From the NCBI RefSeq assembly GCF_009914755.1, contig NC_060930.1: a DNA stretch of 64,000 nucleotides; one strand, 5' to 3'. Of the stretch, positions 12,874 through 25,690 are shown piece after piece (the stretch's first letter is position 1; the number at the start of each line of letters is the position of its first letter). The stretch comes from the human T2T-CHM13v2.0 reference genome, Homo sapiens. Under the pieces are notes generated by a model that saw nothing but the letters and a program-made list of their open reading frames with translations, was not told where the DNA came from and made no database searches. A program made the position numbers and the translations under genes.

Positions 12874-13839
12874 TTAGTTGCTAAATCTGGCAACTCTACG
12901 CCTGAAAGTACTTTCTGATAAAACTTCTGCACGTGACTTTTCATATTGAGTCTGTTTCTAGGGAACCCAGTCTAAGACAGGGAGGCTGAAATAGAGTAAC
13001 AGAAAGATGAATGAGGCACAGCTTTCGCTTTCAAAGTCTGCTGTGGAGTGTTTCCCAGTGCGATCCCATCCAGAGCTTATTGAGATATTTCTAAAAATTC
13101 AATTCTCCCTTCCCTTGCACTTTTGTCTTCATGCCTTATGATCTTTAGGTGAAAACAGATTCCCAATTTGTAAACAAACAGGAACCAGAAATACTGGTTA
13201 TGCCCACATGGTGAAGCAAATCAAGATACAGTGCTGCAGTTATTATTGGAATCCTCACTGCATTTTTCTTTGTATAGGACTCTCTTAGTCACATTGCTCC
13301 CATAAACCTCATCATACCTTCTGTGTAGTTTCTGAAGTTAAACACAATCATTAAACAGATGTCTGTGAGACCCCTACAGATCACATCTTTGTAGTCATCA
13401 CTCTTTTTAGAGATATCAGATGTAGATAACTTTCCTTGTATTTTGTGTATTTTCAGAGAACAGTCAATAAACTATTTAACAAGAATATATAATCAAACAT
13501 GTGCTTCTGTGAATTCCTAATATAGATTAAAAGACATTTTAATGAACAAGCTTAGTTTTTTTATGGACTCAACATTTATATCATACTATAATGGGTGTAA
13601 ATAGTAAAAATAATTTTAATTCTAGATTCCTAAATAAAATTTTGCCAGGTGTCACTCTGCAATCATGGACCCGTATAACTACTGCACACATTCTGAAAAA
13701 TAGCTTCTTACTATTCCAAACACTATATACCCTTTTAGTGAGAGATCATGCATTATTTTTATGTCCTAAATTCACATAGGCATTCAATAAATGATAGCTT
13801 GGGTAGCGGCAGTCATTTATTAGAACAAACATGCCCACG

Positions 13840-14195
13840 TCATAATCTATTTTGGCTGCTATAACCAAATGCTACAGACTGGGTAATTAATAAACAACGG
13901 AGATTTATTGCTCACAGTTTTGGAGCCTGGGAAGTCCAGAATCAAGGTACCAGCAAATCTGGTATCTGGAGAGGCACTGTTCCTCATAGATGGTGCTCTC
14001 TTGCTGTATTCTCATGTGGTAGAAGGGACAAGCAGGCTCCCTCAAGCCTCTTCTATAAGGGCACTAATCCCATTCATGAGGGCAAGCCCTCATGATGTAA
14101 CTACTTCCTAAAGGCCCCACCTCTTAATACTATTACACTGGGGATTCGGTTTCAGCATATGAATTTTGGGTGATACAAATTTCAGACCATAGCAT
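13840..14195 (-). mobile_element. MLT1A-like MaLR LTR
   Basis: ggctgctataac...gctcacagtt...ggaagtccagaatcaagg...gaccatagca. Confidence 0.75.
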
Positions 14196-14364
14196 CACAA
14201 TAATTGGATAATACTATTATATATAGTATTGGATAATAAGTATTGAAATACTTATTAAGTCACGCCTGACTCATGTTCAAATGGAATGAATTACAGTAAC
14301 ATGAGTCAGGCATGTTTACACTTGAAATTAATATTTTATTCTACCTTAAAAAGTGCTATCTTAC

Positions 14365-14585
14365 CTGCTTTTATTCTTTCCAGGTATGTCTGCATGTATT
14401 TATTCACCATTTGAACATTCTTAATGACTTCATTCCATACCCACCATTTGCTGTGAAATCCATCAATCACATACCAGTTCTGATGCTGTTCTTGATAATA
14501 TTGCCTAATCTCACCAATATTTTTGCGATACTTTACATTATTGACAGCTACAATTTGTGCACTATTGTGCAATGGATAAGGCAAT
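14365..14585 (-). CDS. AK9: AK9 exon: LPYPLHNSAQIVAV...YLERIKA(G)
   Basis: attag acceptor and G|gtaag donor; 221 nt, phase 2-1; 106-nt upstream intron. Confidence 0.93.
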
Positions 14586-14691
14586 CTAATAGGGAAACAG
14601 AGAAGGAATGGAAAAAGCTGTTAAAAACATATCTTTTCCCCCGTATGATTAAAGTTTATTCCTTTTTTGTTGTCTTCATCATGTACATTAC

Positions 14692-14838
14692 CTTTGTTCA
14701 TTTTCTTTTTCTAGGAGCAATCTTTTGAAAATCTCCTTGGAAGGCACACTCAATTCAAAGATGACCATGGGAATGATTGACCTAGCTTCCAAGAGATTCA
14801 TTTGATGTTTAGTTACAGGATATCCATCGATGACAACA
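14692..14838 (-). CDS. AK9: AK9 exon: VVIDGYPVTKHQMNLLEARSIIPMVIFEL...KENEQ(R)
   Basis: gttag acceptor and AG|gtaat donor; 147 nt, phase 2-2; DGYP signature variant. Confidence 0.92.
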
Positions 14839-15189
14839 CTAACAAGGAAAAACATGAAAATAAAAATTCCACATTTCTTTTTCTCTCGTACTTCCTTTCT
14901 GTCTTCCAGAACCAGTCTGTCTCTTTAGGAGTAGCTCATGATTTTCCTTATGTAACTCAATTTATTTTCTTCACACTTTGCCCTCTTCATCTCTACATCT
15001 TTAATCTCAGTCAGGCCAAGAGCCATGAGGTGGGCAGGACACATCCAAACACAGTTCAGAAGGTGGGCGTAGGAGAGAGCTCTGAATTTCTACACTCAGC
15101 ATGCTGGAGATAGATTTTGGCAGAATTTGACAGATAACTCCCACAGTACCTTGAATATTGTGTTCAACTGGTGCTGTTAATCTAAACAT

Positions 15190-15350
15190 GAAAGAGTATA
15201 GCTTTAGAGGCAGATAACTTTAGATTTAAAACCTGGTTTGAACTTTCTAAGAGGAAATGATGTTTAACTCTTAGAGTTGTTTTAAAGATTGGAGATCAGG
15301 TATGTAAAGCAACTAGAGTAGGACCTGGTACATATTAGATGCTCAAGAAG
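15190..15350 (+). mobile_element. MIR fragment
   Basis: MIR-type tail (gtatgtaaagca...cctggtacat...gctcaa). Confidence 0.55.
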
Positions 15351-15762
15351 TAGTATTTTAGTAAGAGACTAAGCCAATATGGAAAAAAAAAAAGTGTGCT
15401 CCATGCTTGCTTTTTGTAGTAAATGCTCTGTGAGGAGGCTGGGAGTGCAGCTGGGGGAGAGTTGGTGAGAGTGGCCCTATAATATTTGAGTGGGAATCAT
15501 TCCATCAGGACCTATGATGCATGCCTCTGAGCAGAAATGACAAGGAAAATTTAAACTAGTTCAATAGGTTGAGATAATGAGATTGTCACTATCAAACTGA
15601 GAGGAGGAAAAAAAAAGGCTGGTTATAGCTTCCAGGAGGAGTGGCCCCCAAGCTCAGGAAACTCCCTGTGAGGTGGGAGCAAGCTGGGCATGCTGGCTGG
15701 TGGTCATCAGGAAGTTTGGTTTGACCTAAGCCACAGGACCCCCTGCCTCAGTGCTTTCCAGC

Positions 15763-16178
15763 TGTTAAAGCAAACTAAATACGGCCATACGTCTATATTT
15801 GAGTTCTTGTGGATGAACTGTAACCTAGCTTAATAGTCAGACAAGATTGAAAACCTAACTTAGGAGTATGTGCCTGTAACAATAACTGAGTCCTGGCCAA
15901 TCCCAGCGGCCATACTTCAACCACTCATAGACTGCTAAGTGTTTAAACTGTGTTCAAATAAGGCAAACACCAACCTGTAACCAGTCCAGCTGTTTCTGTA
16001 TCTCACTGCCAATTTCTGTACATCATTTCCCTTTTTTGTCTATAAATCTTCTTCCACCATGTGGCTTCGCTGGAGTCTCCATGAATCTGCTGTGATTCTG
16101 GGGGCTGCCCGATTTGTGAATTGTTCATTGCTTAAACTCCTTTGAATTTAATTCAGCTGAAGTTTTTCTTTTATAACA
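15763..16178 (+). mobile_element. MER57-family ERV1 solo LTR
   Basis: tgttaaagcaaactaaat...ataaggcaaacaccaacctgtaacc...gaagtttttcttttataaca; tataaa at about 16041. Confidence 0.75.
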
Positions 16179-17216
16179 GCTGAGTCTCTAGGCACTGGCC
16201 TACAATTCTACAGCAGAGGGGATTGTTGGCTAGGCTGGCCTCATAGAGAATGTATGAGGGTGCAATTGTTGTTTTTTTAATCAAGAGTAGCTCAACTTCT
16301 TTGTCCTGTGAAGAGTCACTTGAGTGACCCTCAGGATTAGGGAAATTCAGGGTGAATGAGCAGTCATTGTCCTGGTATTAAGGTGGAATGAAATCTTTTT
16401 GACTCAACCATGATTGCCTCACTGAGGTCCTTCTTATGCAAAGCTGAACACCAGGGAGGAGGTAATTCAATCTGGGTAAGTCCCGGGCCTTTTCTGGGGA
16501 TAAAGTCTGACACCCCAGAAGCTGCTCCCCAGTAAATGAACTCGAGAACTGTTCAAGGACTTAATTATGGGTCACAGACAAGGAAAGTCAAAGAGGCTTC
16601 TAATAGAAAACCTTGAGTAAATCAGGGGGGTTCTAGGTCAGTGACCTGTGCTCAAGACCAGGGCTTCAGGTTTCATGGGGAGGGCTTTTACTACTGGGTA
16701 TGGCCCGTGGCTGTGCTGGAGGAGCAAAGGTGAGAAGTGTAAATGGAAGAGACAGCTCAAGTGCATAGCTTTCTTGTCCAAATGTGGTGTTAAGGGAGAG
16801 GCACTGCTACCCGTGCAGAGAGCTGGGCCAGACATAGACCATCTCCACTGGACCAGCCCCTGGGGGATGGGGGAGGGCCACTTCTCCATAACTTCATGGG
16901 GCAGTGAGAAGAACTCCTGGAGTGTGGAAGTCACATCAGCCTCCTTTGTTGAAGTCTGAAGGCTTTTGGACAACTCAGGGGTTGCTGGAGAGAGTGAAGG
17001 GGCCTGCCTGCTAATCTGGCATGTGAATTTTCAAGCCAAGTTTTTGCTTGACAGAAAATTCAAATATGTAACCATATAGGTGCCCAGAGTTTGAGAGAAG
17101 TAGATCACACCCTTTATAAGAGCTTTAAGCCCCATGTAAGTGTTTTAAATCACGAGCGAGCAGTTTCTTGAAAGATTTAACTCCCTCTGTCCCATCCTCT
17201 CACCCCATTCACTTAC

Positions 17217-17418
17217 CCTGCAGTATTGCACACACTTTCCATCAGAGAAAGTTCTAAGGCTTGAATAGCCAGTTCATCAGGTGCTGTCATTCCTTTATGA
17301 AGATGCCAATTTAACATAAGTGCCAGCTCTGTTTCCGGGTGATTGTTTAGTACATAACGCAAAGCTCCTCCTATTGATAAATGCTTTAACCCATATTCAC
17401 TTGTAATTTTTTTGGCAA
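17217..17418 (-). CDS. AK9: AK9 exon: VAKKITSEYGLKHLSIGGALR...ESVCNTAG
   Basis: tttcag acceptor and GG|gtaagt donor; 202 nt, phase 1-2; HLSIG-LR NMP-binding-type motif. Not in the ORF track. Confidence 0.92.
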
Positions 17419-17556
17419 CTGAAAAACATAAAACTTTTAAATTAAATTAAATGATTTAGATTCAGGGGGGACATGTGCAGTTTTGTTACATGGGTATATT
17501 GTGTGATGCTCAGGTTTGGGCTTCTAATGATCCTGTCCCCCAAGTAGCAAACATAG

Positions 17557-18853
17557 TGATGGCAGTGGCTGCTGCCATCACACTGGCTGCAGCTGCCCAA
17601 ACCATGCTGCAGACCCAGGCCTCCTGCTCTATGGAGCAGGCAGCAGCCTCATCCTCCTGGGTGTGGCTACAGTCACTTAAACTGCGGCTATGGGTCTGAG
17701 CCTCCCTGTGCTCTTGGAGGCAGCCAGGAGCAGGTAAGACCTGCCCTCTTGGGTGTAGCTGCAGCCACCTGACCCACGGCTGCAGCTCTGGGCCTCCTGC
17801 TCCATGGAGCAGGCAGGAGCTGCGGACAAGCAGGAACCCTGCCCCTTGTGAGTTGGTGGGGTGGGAGCTCCCTGGGTGCAGCTTGGGGGGTTTTCCCAGG
17901 TGCAGGACCCAGGCATCTCTGCATCTCTGCAGCCTGCATCCACAGGGGCCTGGGAACCTCCCCAACCCCTGCAGGCTCAGGGGTGTCTGCTCCCGCTGCC
18001 TGGCCTCTCTCTGCTCCTGGCCCTACTCCCATCTCTGAGCAGGGGTTGGGGCCAAGCCCCAGGGGCCATTGATTCCTGGCAGATTGATTCCTGGGCAGAA
18101 GGGGGTGGGTCCCCAGTAAGGCCCCAGCTTCAGGCCAGGGAGGGCCTGAAGGCTGGGGGCTGGGATGCCGGTCTGTGGACAGGAGTGGGGACTCGTGGTG
18201 CCTCTTCTGGGCCTACCCAGGGCCACCCATGGACCAATCAGCAGGCACTTCCTCCCCTCTGAGGTCTATAAAAGCCCTGGGCTCAGCCAGAGCGTGGGAG
18301 AGGACGACCAGAGGATGAAGAGGGCAGAGAGATAACAGGATGACCAGCTGCAGAAAGGAGTACCCTCTCTGTTGACAGTGGAGTACCCTCTCTGTTGATA
18401 GCTGGAGAGGACAGGACGACCAACTGCAGAGAGGATACTCCTCTCTGCTGATAGCTGGAGATGACAGAACAACCAGTTGCAGAGAGGAACTACCCTCTCT
18501 GCTGAGAGCTGCAGAGATGACCTGCCAGCAGATAGGAGCCACCCTCTCCAGGGCCTCCTCTCTGCTGAGAGCAGCAGACATCAGGACAACCAGTAGCAGA
18601 GAGGAGCTACCCTCTCCAGGGCCTCTTCTCTGCTGAGAACTGAACACTGGACAGATGACCTGCCTAAGTAGAGGAGTCACCCACTGTGGGTCTCCTCTGA
18701 GCTGCTACAACACTCAATTCATGTTTGTCTTGTTCACTCTTCACTTGTCTGCCTACCTCATTCTTCCTGGATGCAGGACAAGAATTTGGGCAAAAGTGCT
18801 GCAGCCACAGAGGTTTCAAGCCAGAAAAGATCCAACCCAAAGATACCAGAACA
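17557..18853 (+). mobile_element. MER52-family ERV1 solo LTR inserted in an L1 3'-end fragment (about 17455-17556 and 18858-18870)
   Basis: TG...CA ends; atag/gtag 4-bp TSD; GC-rich; CCAAT at about 18233 and TATAAAA at about 18267; internal tandem repeats 18340-18660. Confidence 0.8.
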
Positions 18854-20020
18854 GTAGTACCCAATAGATAGTAAAAAACAAAACTCTAAATTTATTTCAT
18901 TTCACAAATTTATCAGTTCACCTTAGTTTTAGACTCTGGCTAATGATATCAACAGCAAGCTAATTTTCACATTTCTCAATGAAATTTCAAAAATTAAAAT
19001 TGCCCTATTTTACAGAACTAATAACTGTCAAAGGTCAGTCATTAACAGTACTTCAGGTATGTGGCTGATAGATCTGGTTAATGAACCAAATCTGCTTGTT
19101 TTTTTTTTTTTTTTTTCCTTAACAAACCAATTTTAAGGGTTTTCTTTTTTCTGCATGAGGTGGCAAAATTTTTGAGAGCTTTGCAAGTCATCTTTTATGT
19201 ACTCTTACTATCTGGTAGTATGCCCCAAATAACAATATAATATTCCTGTTTCACTGAATTGTATCATTCCCCTTTCTGTCCATTTATGGACTCCATGATG
19301 CAACCAGCATAGCATACCCTATACAGTTAGATCTCAGTTAATCCTCTAGGAAATAATTTTTAAAATGTATAATGGCACACTTGACATTTTAATAGTGACT
19401 TACAGCCTATGAGGAATTTTTCTTCTGTGACTTTATTTGATATTTTTAACTATTTCATCAGGTGGGTGGAATGGATATTGAAATTCCAGTTTTATAGATG
19501 AGGGGAACTGATTTGTCCAAGGTTACATAGATGTTGCCACTGGCTGAAAGAAGACTCACACTGGCTTCTCCTGAGTGAGACAACAGACAAATGGCTTCTA
19601 GTAGCTAGTAAATGTGGGTGTGCTCTGTTGTGTGTATATTCCTTGCCTGAGCACTGTGTGGAGATAGCAGTGGGTGGAGGATACTCAGAACCCTACTCAT
19701 CCCATAAGGACGATGATTGACCAGGGACCACCATCAGGACCACCCAATAAAGAAGTTCCTATGAGAGCCACAGAGCATATAACTTCAGCTTTGCACAAAT
19801 GCTGGAACGAAATCTGTTTTTTTTAAAGTTCTAACAATAATTAGGCTCCTAAAATTTGACACCTTATTTAAAAATCAACCACCATTTCAACAAAAAAATG
19901 AGATATCAGGTAATCTACATGTTCACCTTGTGCTCTGGATGTGGGATCTTATTTTGCATGTCAACGTTCTGCTGTCTTTGGAAAATATCATTATCTTTGT
20001 GAACATTTAGGATATGATTA

Positions 20021-20565
20021 TGTCAGAGGCGTGCAAACAAGAGCAACTCCATCTTGAGTAGGGGCTGGGTAAATAAGGCTGAGACATACTGGGCTGCATT
20101 CCCAGACAGTTAAGGCATTCTAAGTCACAGGAAGAGACAGAAGGTCAGCACAAGATACAGGTCATAAAGACCTTGCTGATAAAACAGATTGCAGTAATGA
20201 AGCCTGCTAAAACCCACCAAAACCAAGATGGCAATGAGAGTGACCTCTGGTTGTCCTCACTGCCACACTCTCACCAGTGCCATGACAGTTTACAAATGCC
20301 GTGGCAACATCAGGAAGTTACCCTATGTGGTCTAAAATGGGGAGACATAAATAATCCACCCCTTGTTTAGCATATCATCAATAAATAACCATAAAAATGG
20401 GCAACCAGAAACCCTGGGGGCTGCTGTGTCTATGGAGTAGCCATTCCTTCACTTTCCTAATAAACTTGCTTTCACTGTACTCTATGGACTCGCCTTGAAT
20501 TCTTTCTTGCACGAGATCCAAGAACCTTCTCTTGAGGTTTGGTTCTGGACCCCTTTCCTGTAACA
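20021..20565 (+). mobile_element. MER41A ERV1 solo LTR with perfect ATTA TSD
   Basis: tgtcagaggcg...gagcaactccatcttga...cctgtaaca; 545 bp; aataaa at about 20459. Confidence 0.88.
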
Positions 20566-20913
20566 ATTATAGACTCTTTTGTCATGTTAAGAACTTTATA
20601 AAGCCAAAATAAACTTTTCATCTGAAGAGCTGGAACATAAAATTCCCTTATCTCTCTTCTTTGTTCTCTATTCAGTCAGTCATTAAGACTTATTGTTTTC
20701 CTTGGAAATGTATCCTATATCTGCCCTTTCCATTCTGTTCTCATTGTGACCACCCACTGTTCTTGTTGTTATCATGTCATCTTGAAATACTACAACCAAC
20801 CAAGTTTTGGACTATTTACCTTAAAGTCCAAAGTTACACAAAACATTACAGGAATATAGTTTATCAAATGCCTTTCCAGAAATGATTAAGATAATTGATT
20901 TACTATTATTACT

Positions 20914-21197
<284 letters not shown>

Positions 21198-21659
21198 TAG
21201 TATAGTAAATTATATTTATAAAATATTTTCATATACTTTATATACTTAACATATTTGACTATAATTATGAATATTAGTTTGTAATTTCTTGTATTGTCTT
21301 GGTTAGGTTTTGATATTAGGGTCATGTTAATTAAAAAATGGATTTGTATCCTATATGCCTTTTTGACTGTATGAACCATATTCCTTAATAAAAAAGAAAA
21401 TAAAAATAACTTGGGAAACTTACTCTTTCCCCTTGCCTATGGGAGAGCTTATAAAAATACAGGCATTATCTCTTGAGTTTTTAGTTCTTTGAAAATTTCC
21501 TATAATTTTTGTCTAAAACAATTTGATTCTGGGCCATTTCAGAGTTGGGTTATATTTTCGAATGCCTTCTCTTCGATGGTTATTGGTCTATTTAGGTTTT
21601 CTATCTCGTTTTGAGTCAGTCTTGATAGTTGGTTTTCTGAAGAAGTGGCACTAGTTTTC

Positions 21660-22220
21660 AGTCATTCTCACAGGATTAACAAGAATTCTAGACAGAAATA
21701 CAGTTAAAATAAGCCTGAATCAGGCTGCACCTTTGACCCACTTCCTTGTAACTGAAAGTCACATAGCAGTAGTTACTGACCACTGGCATCCCCATCATTC
21801 CTATAAATAGGATTTCTGATGTCAGATGCACAAGGCTTTTGTTTAAGATAGATAGGATCTCTGATGTTAGAATAATAAGGCTATTGTTAAGGAATTCCTT
21901 AAGCAGAACCTAAATGCCAGCAGAATAGCTGACACCAACAGGAGGTTTAAAACCCCCACCGAATCAGCAGGAGAAGTCAGTTTCTTCATCTCCCTGTCCC
22001 ATGACTTCACCCTGCATTCTTCAGCCAATCAATGATTTTTGCACTTCAATTCAGCCCACTCCAAAACTCTTAAAAACCCTAGCCCCAGATTCCTCAGGGA
22101 GACGGATTGGAGATTTCCTCCTGTCTCCTCACTCAGCCACCCTACGATTAAATGTCTTTTTCTGCTGCAACCCAGTGTCTTGGTGAATTGACCTGCCATG
22201 TGCATTGGGTACAAGCAGAT
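21660..22220 (+). mobile_element. LTR26-like ERV1 LTR ending about 40 nt from an AK9 donor
   Basis: ttaacaagaattctagacagaaata...caggctgcac; cctcagggagacggatt; attaaa signal. Confidence 0.6.
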
Positions 22221-22261
22221 TCTTTTATGCTTGAGGAAAACAAAGGCAAACATACGCTCAC

Positions 22262-22475
22262 CTGTAGTTTTCCCAGATTTTGGAGGCCCCACAATTATAA
22301 TCCTAATGGGCACAGTAGGCTTAGGTTTGGGTTGGCGGATATATTTGATTGGGTTCTTCATAAATTTTTCTTTTGTTTCTTTACTAGATAAAAAATAAAT
22401 ATACTGACGATGGATTACAGGATAAATTGGATTCTCTGCATTTTCAACTGGCTTGATTGTCTCTCCTTCACTTAG
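22262..22475 (-). CDS. AK9: AK9 exon: LSEGETIKPVEN...IRIIIVGPPKSGKTT (YHS-like module plus P-loop)
   Basis: ttgcag acceptor and G|gtgag donor; 214 nt, phase 0-1; Walker A GPPKSGKT. Confidence 0.95.
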
Positions 22476-22835
22476 CTGCAACATATACACAGTTGAATTT
22501 GAAAGTTAGTTTGAATTTTTACAGCACTTCCCTGAAACATATTTGAAAAAAACAATTCGTGACATAAGAAAAAAAAATTCCTTACAGAATAAGAAAACTA
22601 ATTATAATCAAAGGTTAATATTAAACAACTGTGGAAAAGTACACATTATTTTACAGCCGTATGTAATGAATGCAATAGTTCTTAATTGGCCTTCAGTTTA
22701 TGACAATTATAGTCCTTCTACTTCATTTATAGTGTGTTTAGTGTATACTGAATGTTTCTGTCAAACAGCCTAAGGTTGTTTGCATTTATTCACAGGCCAA
22801 TTCATCCTCACAAAGAGGTCCATTCCTAAGGTGAT

Positions 22836-23225
22836 GTTATGGATTGAATTGTTTCTCCCTTACCTCCTCAATTTCTGTTTGAGGCCCTAGCACCCCAAGT
22901 GACTATATTTGAAGACAGGGCCTTTAATAAAGGAGGAAATTAAGGTTAAATGAAGTCAGAAGGATGGAACCTGAATCTGGTGGGACTGGTGTCCTTACAA
23001 GAGGAGGAAGAGACATCAGGGTGGGCACACAGAAAAGGCCACGTGGGGACACAGATAGAAGGTGGCCAACTGCAAGTTAAGGAGAGAGGTCTTGCCTTGT
23101 CAGAAAAACCAACCCTGCTGGCACCTTGATCTTGAACTTTTAGCCTTTAGAACTGTGAGAAAATAATTTCTGTTGTTTAAGCTACCAAGTGGTATTTTGT
23201 AACGGCAGCCAGAGATGACTAATAC
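22836..23225 (+). mobile_element. MLT1A/MST-like MaLR LTR
   Basis: tgttatggattgaattg...tgttgtttaagc...actaatac. Confidence 0.75.
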
Positions 23226-23894
23226 GATTGGGTTCTTGGGTTATCTTTTAGAGGTATACTAGTAGGGCAAATCCCACTGGGTTCTCTTCTATATTTTTGT
23301 GTAGTTCAAATCCCACTCACATAAACATTAAGAGCTATCATGAAAGGGAAAAATACCCATAAAAGGCAACCTAAGGTGTGGGTAGGAATGAAGTTGGAGG
23401 AGTGGTGCCCCATCTTTGCACTGGTGATGATGAAGACTGGGCAATTGATCAATGCTACGTTTGAATATCTTTTTATAGCATCAGATGGGCAAGTGTCAGC
23501 CATCCCTGAACTTGACAGAGTAGGTGTGAAACAGTATGGCAATATTGCTCCTCCCTGAGAGCTACCTCAAGACAGTTGTTACAGATCAATGGTAGTGTCA
23601 ACATTATAATTCTTGGGCTAGAGTGAAGTTCATGGATGGGAGTAAATGCTAGAGATAAGGAGAAACTCAGGGGGAGGTAGGGGTGTCTGCTCTATGTTAC
23701 ACAGTTGGTGATAAAAGAAAAGCTGAAAGTTTAATGATTCCATTTTAAATCCCAAAGTATTTTTATAGCTAGATGAGACTACTACACAATACTTACAATT
23801 TTTGAAATTATCCAGTCTTTTTCCTTTAAAAAAGACATACCTTTGAAAAAAATAAATAAGGAACATGGCTTTCAGGTGCGTTTGCTGAAATTAC

Positions 23895-24113
23895 CTTTAC
23901 AGGGTCCCAATAGCCGAATGAGCTTATATACTTGTAGGTAAAGGTGAGCATTTTCTGGGCAAGGGGTGCTGGTATTGGATGACATTTCTCAAAAATGCTT
24001 GCACGATTTTCCACCAGTGGTTTCAGTTTCATATTCAATGTATATTGTACAATGTGATTTCTCCGAGCTCCATTAATGGAAATTATTGGTATCAAATACC
24101 TCTCAAGTTCATC
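23895..24113 (-). CDS. AK9: AK9 exon: DELERYLIPIISINGARR...FGYWDPVK
   Basis: tatcag acceptor and AAG|gtaatt donor; 219 nt, phase 0-0; ORF 23826..24095. Confidence 0.93.
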
Positions 24114-24467
24114 CTGATAAGAAAAGTCATAAAAACAAATATATTTAGTGAGAAAAAGGCTGGTAGTATTTAGTCACAGCATGTAGACACTGCTGGTGAC
24201 TGACTACTTCAGTCCAGAACACAAATATTTTTCAGCTTCCAAGTGGCTGCATGTTGGTGACTAAACTTACTCTGACCCTCTGTGGCTTCCACGTTGCTCT
24301 TAATTTATGGACTTATTGCATAATTGTTAAATGATACCGATAAAAGGAAATACAGCCCTAAAATATACATTTTTTAAATGTTTAAAGAAATGGCATGAAC
24401 TAAATTGCTTTAGTCTGATTCTCAAATATTACTTTTGAATTATAAAAAGCAAAGGAAAAGTAATAAC

Positions 24468-24680
24468 CTGTATTATTTGTAAATTATGTGTATCTGCTTC
24501 AAATTTTTCTCCTAGTTCACCTCTCAGGCGCTCAATTGCATCAGTTTCCTGTTCTTCATCTTCCTCGCCACTCATCTCTTCCTCATCTTTTGGAAACTCA
24601 TCTTCAAGGATGTTTTCAATATCATCATTGTCTTCTTCAAGTTCTTCCTCACTAATCTCTTCATCATCTCTAACAACATT
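24468..24680 (-). CDS. AK9: AK9 exon: NVVRDDEEISEEELEEDND...LQIIQ (acidic linker)
   Basis: cttag acceptor and CAG|gttatt donor; 213 nt, open frame, Glu/Asp-rich. Confidence 0.9.
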
Positions 24681-25519
24681 CTAAGGAAGAAAATATTCCC
24701 TTTTACTATACATATAAAATATGTAACAAAAGACACTATTAACAAATCATCTGGAATATTTTGTAATGGCTCGATATTGGTTGGTATTGCATGTTGACAT
24801 TCATCTAGTAACGCAATAAGGTTTTAAATATCTGACACTTTTGGGGGTGTTATAGAACACTTTTTTGTCACGTTGCCAGAATTATTTTTCTGGTTCCTTC
24901 TCATTTAGGTAGACTATTTCTTCTAATTATTTTTGAATTTATTTTGGATTTGACTGGTTTTTAAAAATTTCTTTTTTTTCTCCTTGAGGATGTGACTTTA
25001 TGTTTATAGTTGCTTGCAACTTCTGCGTTCCTTCATTGGTGAAGCCTCTGTGCTTGAGTTCCTTGGTGGTAGTCTTTGGATGATGGCTTTCTCAGTTGCT
25101 GGTTGTAGTAGCAGTGTGCTCAATGTGGAGCGGGTTCACTGTCTCAGTTTTCTGCCTGGCTCCTGGTGTAGGCTATAGCCCACTGCTTCTTTCAAAGGGT
25201 CTGTGGTTTCTTTCAGTTTTCCTGTTAAGTTCCTGTGTTGCTTCTTTGAAAAACGTTCAGTGTGTATCTCTACACCCTATTTTGTCTTTCCAAGTTGGGG
25301 AGGCATGCTAACACTGCCTCCAACCTGCCATCTTGGAAAAATTGTTTAAAAATTTCTTTGGTACTCAGAATTTTAATACTTTCAAGACTCTGGCCCCAAA
25401 GTGGTCCCATAAATAAATACAGAGACAAAATATTAAATGTTATTTATGTCTATGATTGTCAAAATGTTACATGTTTTTGATGGTCTTCAGGAACAATATT
25501 TAATGCAGTTCAAAGAGTA

Positions 25520-25690
25520 TAAAACACTAGCTATCTTAACTGGGACAAGATGTTTCCTTACCTGTAAAATAAGAATAATAAAAGTATCTCACAGGGTTGC
25601 TGGGAGCATTAAATTAGTTAATACATGCAAAGCCGTTAGAAAAATGTCTGGCATATGGTAAGTATGTGAACGTTACCTATTATTATGCTC
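25520..25690 (+). mobile_element. MIR
   Basis: ctgtaaaataagaataata...cagggttg...gcattaaatt. Confidence 0.7.

Noticed and set aside
14312-14728. 138-aa hydrophobic plus-strand ORF
   Set aside because: Antisense to two AK9 exons; hydrophobicity comes from T-rich composition.
18340-18660. Repeat array superficially like CRISPR repeats and spacers
   Set aside because: Degenerate tandem repeats internal to the MER52 LTR in a mammalian genome; no unique spacers or cas genes.
17475-18867. Many overlapping 60-155-aa ORFs on both strands
   Set aside because: All lie in the GC-rich MER52 LTR, where stop codons are rare.
20021-20565. MER41 as an interferon-gamma/STAT1 enhancer (AIM2-type)
   Set aside because: I see no tandem TTCCGGGAA GAS motifs; sequence and length fit MER41A, not MER41B.
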